A stretch of 64,000 nt of DNA from Candidatus Gottesmanbacteria bacterium (GCA_963711735.1 CAVQFA010000003.1:375830-439829); one strand, 5' to 3'. Positions 37,206 to 47,780 are shown, counted from the stretch's first letter. The notes: generated by a model from the sequence alone, not told the origin. Translations and numbers: made by a program.

Positions 37206-40172
37206 ATGATAAAAATTCCTTCTGAAGAACGTAAATTAAACAAAGAGCAGGAAAAGGCCGTCCGGTACGGAGACGGACCTCTTCTTATTATTGCCGGGGC
37301 GGGGACAGGTAAAACAACTGTCATTACGGAACGGATAAAGTACCTCATCGCATCAAAGAAAGCCAAACCCCGGGAAATTCTTGCACTTACGTTTACGGAG
37401 AAAGCCAGCCGTGAGATGGAGGACCGGGTAGAGATCGGTTTGCCTTACGGTATACCGGAAATGTGGATATCCACATTTCATTCATTCTGCGACCGGATTT
37501 TGCGTGCAGAGGCTATAAACATCGGTTTGGACCCGGGTTACAAACTCATGACAGAGGCAGAGACGATACAATTCTTTCAGAAACATCTGTTTTCGTTTGA
37601 TTTGGACTACTTCCGCCCTTTAGGAAATCCGACGAAGTTTATCCGCGGCATGCTCCAGCATTTTTCCAGACTGAAAGATGAAGACGTATCTCCATCACAA
37701 TACTTTGAATGGGTTCGTGCTAAGGGCAGTCTTAAAAACTCAAAGATAAATAAAGACAAGGAAAACAAAACAGAAGATAACAAAAAATATTCGGAACTTG
37801 CCGGAGTGTATCGGAAATACGAGGAACTGAAAGTAAAAGAAGGAATGGTTGATTATTCGGATTTGATTGCCAATACGCTGAAACTTTTTCGGATACGCCC
37901 GAAGATCCTTCACTCGTACCGGAAACAGTTCCGGTATGTTCTCATTGACGAGTTTCAGGACACCAATTTCGCACAGAATGAACTGGCTATATTACTCGCC
38001 GGACCTAAAAAAAATATAACTGTTGTGGGGGATGATGACCAGGCAATATACAGGTGGAGAGGTGCGGCGGTTTCAAACATTATTCAATTCAGGAAACGGT
38101 TTGCGGGTTGTAAAGTTATTGTTCTGACCAAAAACTACCGTTCGACAAAAGAAATATTAAACCGCTCTTATGACCTTATTCAGAATAACAATCCGGACCG
38201 TCTGGAAGTTGCCGCACACATTTCCAAAAAACTTGAAAGCATGAGGGGTATTTCCGGTGAGCCGATTGAAGTCATTATGGAAGACCGTGTGGAAAACGAG
38301 GCAGATGCGGTTGTTGCCGGGATAAAAGAACTAATCGAAACGAAAGATAAAAGGTATACATGGAGTGATGCGGCAATACTGGTACGCGCAAACAATCACG
38401 CAGAACCCTTTACGAGGGCGTTTGCCCGTGCGGGTATTCCTTACCAGTTTTTAGGCCCGGGACAACTTTTCCGTCAGGGTGAAGTGAAAGATCTCATCGC
38501 ATATCTGAAGGTTTTGTATGCATTTGACGATTCTGTTGCTTTTTACCGGGTGATATCGATGGACATATTCGGTATTAATCCTCGTGATATCGCAGCACTT
38601 TTAACATATGCCAAACGGTATGGCATATCCGTTTTTGAAAGTGCGGAGCTTGCAGTTCGTATGGAAATTTCCGGTGTCTCTGAAGGCATTCCCCGTCCGA
38701 CACTCAGTGAAGAAGGTAAAAAGAAACTAACTTTTTGCGTGTCCATGATGCACCGCCATATGAAAGCCATGAAGGAAGACACCGCCGGACAGATACTCTA
38801 TTATTTTTTGGAAGAAACAGGACTGCTCGCCAAACTTGCAAGCATTCATTCGGTAAAGGAAGAGAAAATAGCGGGAAACATTGCCAAATTTTTTGATAAG
38901 CTTAAATTGTATGAAACCAACCACGAAGACGCGAGCGTCATGGCAGTCGTTGACTGGATAGAGTTATCCATGTCCCTTGGAGAGTCGCCCTTATCCGCTG
39001 AATTTGACTGGACGACAAACAATGCCGTTAATATTTTAACCGTTCATTCCGCTAAGGGACTTGAGTTTCCTATGGTATTTCTGGTCAATCTCGTGGGAGC
39101 GCGTTTCCCTGGCGTTGATAAGAAGGAGCAGATTCCCATCCCGGATGATCTCGTTAAGGAAATCTTACCCGTCGGGGACCCGCATACAGAGGAAGAACGC
39201 CGGCTATTTTATGTCGGCATGACCAGAGCCAGGGATCATCTTTTTCTGACGGGTGCGAAATATTACGGAGACGGCAAACGTGAAAAAAAGTTGTCTGCGT
39301 TTGTGGGAGAAGCAATAGGCAAAGAAAAAATTGCGTTATTTATGAAACCCGGGACAGAAAAAGCAACGGATATCCAATTGACTCTCCTGGAATGGAAGAA
39401 ATCCGCAAACGACCGGAGTGATATGCCGGTAAGAGAGCCTTTCCATTACCTTTCGCACTCTCAGTTGGAAACGTTTGAAACATGTCCGCTCCAATATAAA
39501 TACCGGTATATCCTTTCTATTCCCGTTCCTTCATCATCCGCTCTTACATTCGGAGATGTCATGCACCGGACCATGAAACGGTTTTATGAGGAAATAAAGA
39601 AAGGATCTTCCGGAACATTGGATTTACTCCGGTCTTCATTTCACGATGCTTGGTCTTCAGTCGGATACGGGAATAAAAAATACGAGGAGAAAATGAAAAA
39701 CCACGGAGAAGTTCTTCTCGAACAATTTTTCAAAAATGGATTCGATCCGAAAGTTATCCCTGACTCCATGGAAGAGGCGTTTAAAATCCGGATTACACCG
39801 ACACTTTCCCTTGGCGGCAGAATCGACCGGATAGATATTCGTAAAGACGGGAAATTTGAAATCATAGATTACAAAACCGGCACTACTCCGAAAAACCGTG
39901 ACGTCGGAACCGACCGGCAGCTTACGGTGTACGCGCTTGCAGCGACTGATCCGGGTTTATACGGTAAATCCCCGGGTGATGTGATAGTTTCTTTCTATTA
40001 TTTCGAAGATAGCCAAAAAGTATCTGCAGTCAGGACAAGAGAACAGCTTGAAACGGTTAAAAAAGAGATTGCCGCAAAGGCGGATGAAATGTCCAAAAGT
40101 GATTTTTCTCCCACACCCGGTAAAATATGCGATTTTTGCCAATACCGTTTAATCTGCGAAGCCTGGAGCTGA
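37206..40172 (+). CDS. UvrD/PcrA-like SF1 helicase fused to a C-terminal PD-(D/E)xK (RecB/AddB/Cas4-like) nuclease domain with a Cys cluster
   Basis: Helicase motifs I (AGAGTGKTT), II (VLIDEFQDTN), III (VVGDDDQAIYRWRG), and later ones (LTKNYRS, VHSAKGLEF, YVGMTRAR). The C-terminal ~250 aa have the nuclease strings (SHSQLETFETCPLQYKYRY, IDRIDI, EIIDYKTG) and end with C-x2-C-x5-C (GKICDFCQYRLIC). 988 aa. Confidence 0.8.
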   Translation: MIKIPSEERKLNKEQEKAVRYGDGPLLIIAGAGTGKTTVITERIKYLIASKKAKPREILALTFTEKASREMEDRVEIGLPYGIPEMWISTFHSFCDRILRAEAINIGLDPGYKLMTEAETIQFFQKHLFSFDLDYFRPLGNPTKFIRGMLQHFSRLKDEDVSPSQYFEWVRAKGSLKNSKINKDKENKTEDNKKYSELAGVYRKYEELKVKEGMVDYSDLIANTLKLFRIRPKILHSYRKQFRYVLIDEFQDTNFAQNELAILLAGPKKNITVVGDDDQAIYRWRGAAVSNIIQFRKRFAGCKVIVLTKNYRSTKEILNRSYDLIQNNNPDRLEVAAHISKKLESMRGISGEPIEVIMEDRVENEADAVVAGIKELIETKDKRYTWSDAAILVRANNHAEPFTRAFARAGIPYQFLGPGQLFRQGEVKDLIAYLKVLYAFDDSVAFYRVISMDIFGINPRDIAALLTYAKRYGISVFESAELAVRMEISGVSEGIPRPTLSEEGKKKLTFCVSMMHRHMKAMKEDTAGQILYYFLEETGLLAKLASIHSVKEEKIAGNIAKFFDKLKLYETNHEDASVMAVVDWIELSMSLGESPLSAEFDWTTNNAVNILTVHSAKGLEFPMVFLVNLVGARFPGVDKKEQIPIPDDLVKEILPVGDPHTEEERRLFYVGMTRARDHLFLTGAKYYGDGKREKKLSAFVGEAIGKEKIALFMKPGTEKATDIQLTLLEWKKSANDRSDMPVREPFHYLSHSQLETFETCPLQYKYRYILSIPVPSSSALTFGDVMHRTMKRFYEEIKKGSSGTLDLLRSSFHDAWSSVGYGNKKYEEKMKNHGEVLLEQFFKNGFDPKVIPDSMEEAFKIRITPTLSLGGRIDRIDIRKDGKFEIIDYKTGTTPKNRDVGTDRQLTVYALAATDPGLYGKSPGDVIVSFYYFEDSQKVSAVRTREQLETVKKEIAAKADEMSKSDFSPTPGKICDFCQYRLICEAWS

Positions 40173-40251
40173 ATTTTTTTCACACACCTCAAATGTTGAC
40201 ACGCTCTTAGATAATGTGTCACTATGATATAAGAGAAAGGAAATAATCCGT

Positions 40252-41808
40252 ATGAAAAAGAAATTATTGAAAACTGTCTATAAAAGCTCTTCCAAAAAGC
40301 AGAAAATAAATATTGGGACAATCATTGCACTTTTTGTGGCAGGAGTAGTACTTCTTATTGTCAGTTATCAGGCATTGAAAGGAAATACGGAATCCCGCTC
40401 GAAAGCAGCTGAGGCGACAAGAACGGTGAAATCATGGGAATTTAACGGGAATGATACTGAGAACTGGGTTAGATTCGGAAACGTCTCAAACCTGTCTGTT
40501 CGCGGCGGTAGTTTAATCGCGGTTGTGAACAGCGCTTTAAAAGTTCCGGCATTAAGTACAGTCGATACTGCCGGCAGGGAAATAAATTCAAACGGTATTA
40601 CAAATACCGGAATGCAATCGGCACTTCCGTCCGGAAGAAAAATGATTCAGATCCGGATGGCGCTTAAAATTCCGGACTCAGCATATAACGCACTGAATAG
40701 CACTAAAGCGGAAACAATTCCGTCATCGGAAAATTCAGGATTACCTACTGAATCAGAGGGGATATCAAGTTCCTCGACGGTTCAGTCTGTCATCGAACCG
40801 GATGAAAACGGAAGCAACCCGTCAGTCCAGGGTGTTACAACTTCAAATAACCCGGAAGTAAATCCTGTAGCTAATAGGTCAAATACGTCATGCAGGACTA
40901 TCCCGGATTGGATATCCAGGAATCATCCGGATGTGACGGCATGGCTTAGTACTATGAGCGGATGGTGTCCGTCATCGGGTACAGAGAATCAGGATCGGGC
41001 AATGCCTATTAGTATAAATGGTCCTCCGACTCGTCCAAGTGACGAAATAGGCTTTACAAAGCAATGTGCAACGAGACCTGCATGTTTGGACGCTAAAACC
41101 CCTTGCAAGTTTATATCACCTCCTCGTGAAGGATGGTGTCCTCCGTCCGGGTATCAGGGGCAAAAAGTAAAGTTTGTCGTTTCCTACCAGATGAAGGGAA
41201 AAACAACGTGGGAAAGATCATTTGTCCTGGTTGTTCCGCCAAACGGAATCATGAAAACGTATACGATTCCGCTTGCAGCAATTGGAAATATCGATATGGA
41301 AAAGATGAAAATCAATTTTGGGTCACTGTCTAATCAATCGACCGTATCCATCGATTGGATCCGATTGGTGTCATCATGTATTCAAAGATCAAATACTGAA
41401 GATTATATAGGACGTGCCACCGATATGGCATCATATTGTGACAATCCGGGAGTAACACCGATTCCGCCGGTAACAGGAAACCGATGTTGGAACGAAGCAA
41501 CGTTACGGGACGGAAAAGTGTGCTGGAGGGACGGGTGCAAAGGAATTAGGAGAGAGGGGATGGGTTGTACCATGGCAATTGTCTGCGAAGATGATCCGGC
41601 GATCCTGGCAGGGTATAAAAAATGGGTAGAAAGCGGCTCACCATCGATTCCCGGATGTTCGGGACTCACAAGTCCATACACATGTCCGACATCCGAATGG
41701 CTCAATTGTATGCCGGGTCCGCAGAGGTTGGATCCGCGTTGTACCAATCAGCAGTTTCTGACTTGGGCAAAAGCAAACTGCCCGAGCTTTCAGGGTATAG
41801 CGCGCTGA
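40252..41808 (+). CDS. hypothetical membrane-anchored Cys-rich secreted protein (518 aa)
   Basis: N-terminal TM, Ser/Thr-rich region, and a C-terminal ~250 aa with more than 20 Cys, including repeated CPPSG/CPSSG strings. Confidence 0.45.
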   Translation: MKKKLLKTVYKSSSKKQKINIGTIIALFVAGVVLLIVSYQALKGNTESRSKAAEATRTVKSWEFNGNDTENWVRFGNVSNLSVRGGSLIAVVNSALKVPALSTVDTAGREINSNGITNTGMQSALPSGRKMIQIRMALKIPDSAYNALNSTKAETIPSSENSGLPTESEGISSSSTVQSVIEPDENGSNPSVQGVTTSNNPEVNPVANRSNTSCRTIPDWISRNHPDVTAWLSTMSGWCPSSGTENQDRAMPISINGPPTRPSDEIGFTKQCATRPACLDAKTPCKFISPPREGWCPPSGYQGQKVKFVVSYQMKGKTTWERSFVLVVPPNGIMKTYTIPLAAIGNIDMEKMKINFGSLSNQSTVSIDWIRLVSSCIQRSNTEDYIGRATDMASYCDNPGVTPIPPVTGNRCWNEATLRDGKVCWRDGCKGIRREGMGCTMAIVCEDDPAILAGYKKWVESGSPSIPGCSGLTSPYTCPTSEWLNCMPGPQRLDPRCTNQQFLTWAKANCPSFQGIAR

Positions 41809-41854
41809 TAGATCGACCCTGATAAATGTAAAAGATTATAATTTGCATCATCAT

Positions 41855-42694
41855 CTATAATGATGCAATCGGATAGTAATATACGGTTCCGCCGAATCCT
41901 TCCTTGAATTTTGTAAATCCGTGCCATTCGGGATTATAGTGCGGGATGCGTTCATCCCATACTCCGACAAAATCAAAAAGTAATGCCCCCCGAATCTTCG
42001 CAAGCTTCATTGCTTCCCAGACAAGAAGAGTCGGTGCAAACATACGCTTTCCTTTTTTTACGGACCCTGCTATCCAATAGAAACATGTGTCCCTGAAAAA
42101 TACGAGGTATATGCCGGCAAGCGGTTCTTTTTCATATGGTGCATATGCAAGTACGACATCCCTATTTTGAGGTCCAAGCGTATCCCACATTTCCCTCAGT
42201 CCGTATGTAGTTATACTCCCGAATAATCCCGCGGATTTGTTTTTTACACGGATCAATTCATCTACCGTGTCTGTCGGATGGACAGTTATGCCATACCGGA
42301 GTGCACGTCTGACGGCACGGCGTTTTGCTTCAGAAAATGATGAAAATATTAAATCTTCAGTGGCCTGTAAATCTACCCGGATTGTTTTAGTCGGGAGGAA
42401 CGGAGATTGATTTATGCGGATACGGACTCGCGATTGCAGAGAGCGTATGTAAGAACTGAGCACATTCTGCTCAACAGTCATGTCCGGTTCAAGCGCGAGC
42501 GTCCGAATTTTATTGTGCGATAGAAATTCCGATAACGTTTTTATGTGAGGAAGACTGTCTGAACGTTGTATTTTTGCCATTGCCCCGAAAAACGGAATAT
42601 TTCTATGGAGAATATATACATTATCCGTGCGCGTTATGTCCCAACCAAGTTTTCGGACATATTGGATATATAAATCTGACTGTTGGATTTCCAT
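41855..42694 (-). CDS. FemAB-family aminoacyl-tRNA-dependent peptidyltransferase (paralogue 1)
   Basis: C-terminal GNAT-like strings shared with the downstream paralogue (FAPTLLVWEAMKLAKIRGALLFDFVGVWD...WHGFTKFKEGFGG). Alternative start at 42772. Confidence 0.55.
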   Translation of the reverse strand: MEIQQSDLYIQYVRKLGWDITRTDNVYILHRNIPFFGAMAKIQRSDSLPHIKTLSEFLSHNKIRTLALEPDMTVEQNVLSSYIRSLQSRVRIRINQSPFLPTKTIRVDLQATEDLIFSSFSEAKRRAVRRALRYGITVHPTDTVDELIRVKNKSAGLFGSITTYGLREMWDTLGPQNRDVVLAYAPYEKEPLAGIYLVFFRDTCFYWIAGSVKKGKRMFAPTLLVWEAMKLAKIRGALLFDFVGVWDERIPHYNPEWHGFTKFKEGFGGTVYYYPIASL

Positions 42695-42787
42695 GTTTAA
42701 TGTCTTTGGATTTATTCCTTTATACCGTCTGTGGTATGGAGGATTACAATCCTTTGAATCGCGCCGCATCAATACAGTACCGATACG

Positions 42788-43933
42788 TCAGAACGAACGC
42801 GACCTGAGAATTTTCAAAAGCGTCCAGCGTATGGAGTTTACATAGACAAACAGACGGTATAGTACCGGGTGTATGATAAGGTCATACGAACCGATGTACT
42901 CAGCAAGTCTCGGATGAAAACCTTCTTTAAACCGGTGGAATCCGTACCACGGATCTTTCGTATCGGGATTTGGGCCTATTGCACCCCACAGATCAAACGA
43001 TTTATATCCTTTTTGTTTTGCCCGGCGCATTATTTCCCAAAGCAGAAGTGTGGGTGCCATGACTTCCCGATGAGTTCGTGAGGATGCACCGTACGGATAG
43101 TAAAGCATATCTTTATGACCAAACACAATCCATGCAGCGAGTGTCACTTTGTCGAGTGTTGCTTTATACATACGGGCAATTCCCGCTTCATGCATCGTAT
43201 CCCACATCATGCTGTGATAGGTGGTATTATGTGCATAAAATCCCTGGCGGCTTGTTGTTTCCCCGGTGAGGCGCAGATATTCATCAAATGTGTGTTTGGA
43301 GGAGTCTTCCTGTACGGATACACCGTGTTTTTGTGCAACCTTAATGTTGTATCTTGTTTTTGGGTGCATTTCGGCAAGGAGCGCATCTTCAGTCCTGGTT
43401 AAATCCAGAATGAATGAATACTTGGTGAATAACGGGTGGTGGGATGGTTGGACAATCGGACATTTTCTTTTTACAATCCGTTCCGTTTCCGTGCGGTTTT
43501 CTTTTGTGGCTTCCGCATTTGGTTCAACCTGGATGTATAACGCATTATGTTTTTTACCAAGTTCAAAAAGAGTATCAATCATACGTTGGGTCATTTCAGG
43601 ACCTTTGGGGAAATACCCGACGGTAAAAGAGGTAAAGGGTACGCGGTGAAACGTTATCTGCCAGCCGACGGCGGGTACGCTGTTTTCCGGAACAACTAAC
43701 CGTTTTACTATTGCACCTGTTTTTTTACGGAACTGCCCCCAGCTCCACGTCTGGAGAGGGTGATTAACGGTTGAATCCCACGTTTTTTGATCAGAATCAA
43801 GAGCTTCTCTTATATCCGTACGCATATTTTTCTGTATTATCCCATGATTGTGCCGTATGGTACAATGGTTATGCCATGCCGAAAAAGGGACGTAAACCAT
43901 CTCGTAGGGGCCGGAGTGAAGCAATACTTTCAT
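42788..43933 (-). CDS. FemAB-family aminoacyl-tRNA-dependent peptidyltransferase (paralogue 2)
   Basis: FemAB hallmarks (QTWSWGQF, KTRYNIKVAQKHGV, MAPTLLLWEIMRRAKQKGYKSFDLWGA, WYGFHRFKEGF). Alternative start at 43825. Confidence 0.65.
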   Translation of the reverse strand: MKVLLHSGPYEMVYVPFSAWHNHCTIRHNHGIIQKNMRTDIREALDSDQKTWDSTVNHPLQTWSWGQFRKKTGAIVKRLVVPENSVPAVGWQITFHRVPFTSFTVGYFPKGPEMTQRMIDTLFELGKKHNALYIQVEPNAEATKENRTETERIVKRKCPIVQPSHHPLFTKYSFILDLTRTEDALLAEMHPKTRYNIKVAQKHGVSVQEDSSKHTFDEYLRLTGETTSRQGFYAHNTTYHSMMWDTMHEAGIARMYKATLDKVTLAAWIVFGHKDMLYYPYGASSRTHREVMAPTLLLWEIMRRAKQKGYKSFDLWGAIGPNPDTKDPWYGFHRFKEGFHPRLAEYIGSYDLIIHPVLYRLFVYVNSIRWTLLKILRSRSF

Positions 43934-44080
43934 GGCTTCCTATTGATAACAGATTTATTCCGGATATTTTCTCATTCGGTCATGTGAAAGGAGCGGCACG
44001 GTTTTTTCTCATCACGGAAATGATTCTCGCTGTAGGTGTTGTGATCGGTTCATTTGTACTGGTGTGCCTAAAGTGTTTCC

Positions 44081-45931
44081 CTAAATGAGGAGATCATCTC
44101 CCGTAAACCCTCTTCTTCCCGCATCCAAAGATACCCGGTAATCGATAAGTTCTGAAGGTATATCCGAGATGAATCGGGATGCAGTATTTTGAGTGCGTGT
44201 TCCGAAATACAGTCTCCGGTTGGCAAACGTGAGAACGAGCGTTTTTTTTGCACGCGTTATACCCACATAACACAAACGCCTTTCTTCTTCTATGGATTCT
44301 GCATCCATGAGCGACCGGCTGTGGGGGAATATCCCTTCTTCCATGCCGACCATAAAAACAGTATCAAACTCTAGCCCTTTTGCCGCATGGAGTGTCATGA
44401 GAGTAACGGCGATGCGGTTATTATCGCGTTTGGCCAGTTTATCCGGTGTATATTCTGCCTCAGTCAGTGCGACGTTTTCTAAAAATCCCGTCAAATCAGG
44501 AAATTCCGTAGCAACAGACCGGAGTTCTTTTATATTTTCAAGCCGGTATGCTTCTTCTTCTACATTTGCGTCATAGAGTTCCAGATATCCGCTTACATCC
44601 AGTATGCGGTCCATTAACTCGAGGGTCGTGAGAGAAACAAGCGTATTATCAGATTGTAGTTTTTTTGCATACGTCAGGAATTTTTCCAACCGCCCTTTTC
44701 CGAGTTTCTCAATTCTTTTATAGGATACGGAATCTTTACCGTTTGCAATAAGCCGGAGGTACGCGATGACATCCTTTATTTCTTTCCGTTCATAAAACCG
44801 CGTGCCGCCGACGAGAACGTAAGGAATGCCGGCATGGAGGAACGCTTCTTCGATGGTGCGTGATTGTGCGTTTGTTCTGTACAGAACCGCGAAAGATGAG
44901 TACGATTTTCCGCTTTGGAGGATCGTTGTTGCCAGGTATCCTGCTTCATCGTGTTCGTTTCGCGCCTCATAAAGGAGTATATTGTCTCCTTTTTTCTGAT
45001 CAGTCCATAGTTTGAGTATCGGGTGTGATGTGTTTTTTCGTATGACGGAAAAAGCCGCATCGAGAATTGACTGCGTCGAACGGTAGTTTTGCTCGAGGTG
45101 AAATTCTACAACATCCGGAAAATCATTTTTGTAAAGCATGATATTCCGGTAATCTGCTCCGCGCCAACGGTAGATACTTTGAGACGCATCTCCCACTACG
45201 CATACATTTCTCCACCTCGCGCTTATGAGTTTCGTCAGCATATATTGTGCCTTATTAGTATCCTGGTATTCATCAACGAGGACGTACTTAAATTGGTTTT
45301 GAAATTTGTGGAGGACGTCTTCATATTTTTCAAACAGTTGGACGGTTTTCATGAGTAGATCATCAAAGTCACACGCGCTGTTAGCGTTAAGGAGCCGCTG
45401 ATATTCGAGGTATACACGCACTACCGTTTCCTGGAAATTCCCTCTTGCATATTGGGCGTATTCTGTCGGAGGGATGAGTTCATTTTTTGCTTCGGATATC
45501 GTATGGAGGATTGCTCCGGGATTAAAGCTTTTGGCGGAAATATCGAGTTTTTTGAGTATCTCCTTCACCGCATCCAGCTGATCCTGTTCGTCGTATATGG
45601 TGAAATTCGGGAGTATTCCGATGGCAGAACCGTGTATCCGGAGAACCTTTGCGCAAAAAGAGTGAAACGTTCCCATAACCGGCAGATCAAAGTCAGTTCC
45701 GATAAGCTTTGCTATGCGGGTTTTCATTTCTCCTGCCGCTTTGTTGGTAAAAGTAACCATAAGTATGGAGGATGGGCGCATATTTTTTTCCCGGATAAGG
45801 TATGCGACACGATGCGTAAGGACTTTTGTTTTTCCGCTTCCGGCACCTGCAAGAATGAGTACCGGCCCGTCGGTGTGAACGACTGCCTTTTGTTGGTTTG
45901 GATTTAGTCCGTTGAGGACAGGGGAGTTCAT
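44081..45931 (-). CDS. ATP-dependent DNA helicase, UvrD/PcrA family (compact, 616 aa)
   Basis: Motifs I (AGAGSGKTKV), Ia (TFTNKAAGEM), II (VLVDEYQDTN), III (VVGDASQSIYRWRGA), IV (LEQNYRS), V/VI (TLHAAKGLEF, YVGITRAK). Confidence 0.8.
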   Translation of the reverse strand: MNSPVLNGLNPNQQKAVVHTDGPVLILAGAGSGKTKVLTHRVAYLIREKNMRPSSILMVTFTNKAAGEMKTRIAKLIGTDFDLPVMGTFHSFCAKVLRIHGSAIGILPNFTIYDEQDQLDAVKEILKKLDISAKSFNPGAILHTISEAKNELIPPTEYAQYARGNFQETVVRVYLEYQRLLNANSACDFDDLLMKTVQLFEKYEDVLHKFQNQFKYVLVDEYQDTNKAQYMLTKLISARWRNVCVVGDASQSIYRWRGADYRNIMLYKNDFPDVVEFHLEQNYRSTQSILDAAFSVIRKNTSHPILKLWTDQKKGDNILLYEARNEHDEAGYLATTILQSGKSYSSFAVLYRTNAQSRTIEEAFLHAGIPYVLVGGTRFYERKEIKDVIAYLRLIANGKDSVSYKRIEKLGKGRLEKFLTYAKKLQSDNTLVSLTTLELMDRILDVSGYLELYDANVEEEAYRLENIKELRSVATEFPDLTGFLENVALTEAEYTPDKLAKRDNNRIAVTLMTLHAAKGLEFDTVFMVGMEEGIFPHSRSLMDAESIEEERRLCYVGITRAKKTLVLTFANRRLYFGTRTQNTASRFISDIPSELIDYRVSLDAGRRGFTGDDLLI

Positions 45932-45949
45932 AACGTATAATCATACCAT

Positions 45950-46624
45950 ATGAAACAAATCTATTTGTTCGGTAATTGGAAGAGTAATAAAACGATCTCT
46001 GAATCATTTGAATGGGTCACGGGATTTGCTAAAGAAATGAAAGGTGTCGTAATGCCAAAAGATTTGACAGCCGTTGTCTGCGCTCCGTATACGTCTTTAT
46101 ATGCACTCAAAAACGAACTTCGGGAAAATTCACTTCCGGTGAAACTGGCTGCACAGGATATATCGGAGCATGATGAAGGAGCGTATACGGGAGAAATAAG
46201 CGCCCAGATGATAAAAGAACTTGCTGACTGGGTCGTTGTCGGACATTCAGAACGCCGTAAATATTATCATGAAACGGATGAAGAGCTTACCCTGAAAGTA
46301 AAAGAGGCAAAAAGTGTAAAGCTAAAGGTCATTTACTGCGTGAGCGATGCCGATATGCCGGTACCGGAAGGTGTTGATGTTATCGCGTACGAACCCATAT
46401 GGGCAATAGGCACAGGGAAGACGGATACACCTGAGAATGCTGAAAGTGTTATTAAAACTATCAAAGAAAAGACACATGTTCCGCTCGCTGTCTATGGAGG
46501 CAGCGTGAAGCCGGAGAATATAGCATCATTCGTGAAAAAAGATGCCATAGACGGCGTGCTTCCCGGCGGAGCTAGCCTGGAACCAAAATCTTTTGCGGAT
46601 ATGATCCGGAATGTAATTTCCTAA
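45950..46624 (+). CDS. tpiA: triosephosphate isomerase
   Basis: GNWKSN, catalytic HSERR (VVGHSERR) and YEPIWAIGTGKT. 224 aa. Confidence 0.85.
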   Translation: MKQIYLFGNWKSNKTISESFEWVTGFAKEMKGVVMPKDLTAVVCAPYTSLYALKNELRENSLPVKLAAQDISEHDEGAYTGEISAQMIKELADWVVVGHSERRKYYHETDEELTLKVKEAKSVKLKVIYCVSDADMPVPEGVDVIAYEPIWAIGTGKTDTPENAESVIKTIKEKTHVPLAVYGGSVKPENIASFVKKDAIDGVLPGGASLEPKSFADMIRNVIS

Positions 46625-46739
46625 AGGTTCGTTTGTTAGAATCTACATTGATAAAAGCGATTACGGCCTTTTGTGCCGCTTAGCTATTTTGAAATAACGA
46701 TCGAGTTTTTAGCGGATGTAGCCTGAATCATCAAATATC

Positions 46740-47780
46740 ATGCAGCAAAAAGTGAAACGTATATATCTGCCGAAAATCCGTCTTGCGCTCGCAGGTGTTG
46801 CGGTATTTTTTTTGCTTCTCATTGCAGTGAAAGCAATCGGAAAAGTATACACAGCAGTGTCAAATACCGGATTAAGCCTCCCTACTGTTATCAATCTGAT
46901 GACGGATACAGGGGCACCTCTTGCGTCCGATAAAGGCCGGACAAACATTCTTATCCTCGGTATAGGCGGAGGGACGCATGACGGTTCGGATTTGACCGAT
47001 ACAATGCTTGTTATTTCGATAGCTTCAGAGACAAAAAAATTATCCATGATTTCCATTCCGCGCGATATCTGGAGTGATTCCATGAAAGATAAAGCAAACA
47101 GTGCTTACCATTATGGGCAGTTAAAAAAGCCGGGCGGGGGATTTACGCTTGCCAAGGCAGAGGTTGAGGATATTTTAGGAATATCCATTCATTATGTCGT
47201 ATTGTTGGATTTTACCGGATTTCAGAAAATTGTTGACCTTCTTGGTGGGATAGACGTTGACATTTCCAAAGGATTTACGGATACGGAATATCCCATAGCC
47301 GGCAAAGAGAATGATGAATGCGGCGGAGATCCGAAATATGCGTGCAGATACGAGACAGTAACGTTTAAAAAAGGATTAGAGCATATGGACGGTAAAAGGG
47401 CACTAATTTATGTCCGTAGTCGTCATGCGGAAGGGGACGAAGGAAGTGATTTTGCCCGAAGCATCCGTCAGCAGGAGGTGCTCGTAGCGGTGAAGAAAAA
47501 AATTTCAAACCCATGGGAGTATATACGGAACGGTAAGGCAAAACCGATGCTTGATGCCATAATGGCAGCTATCGAAACTGATATGAATATCGGACAGCTT
47601 CTGACAGTCGGTAAGCTTGCATCCCGGATAGACTCAGGGAGTACAACAAAAATTTCCATAGAAGATCTTTTCTATGTTCCCGCATCTTCTGATTATGAAG
47701 GAAAGTATGTATTAATCCCGGCGGATGGTTTTGATGCGATACACGCCTATATCGGAAAACAGCTTTCACAGATGCAATAA
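46740..47780 (+). CDS. LytR-CpsA-Psr (LCP) family cell-envelope polymer transferase
   Basis: N-terminal TM then LCP motifs (TNILILGIGGG...SDLTDTMLVISI...ISIPRDIW). Confidence 0.75.
   Translation: MQQKVKRIYLPKIRLALAGVAVFFLLLIAVKAIGKVYTAVSNTGLSLPTVINLMTDTGAPLASDKGRTNILILGIGGGTHDGSDLTDTMLVISIASETKKLSMISIPRDIWSDSMKDKANSAYHYGQLKKPGGGFTLAKAEVEDILGISIHYVVLLDFTGFQKIVDLLGGIDVDISKGFTDTEYPIAGKENDECGGDPKYACRYETVTFKKGLEHMDGKRALIYVRSRHAEGDEGSDFARSIRQQEVLVAVKKKISNPWEYIRNGKAKPMLDAIMAAIETDMNIGQLLTVGKLASRIDSGSTTKISIEDLFYVPASSDYEGKYVLIPADGFDAIHAYIGKQLSQMQ

Noticed and set aside
46625-46739. Weak hairpin (AAGCG-N17-CGCTT) after tpiA as a terminator
   Set aside because: 5-bp stem, 17-nt loop and no U-tract. Too weak to call.
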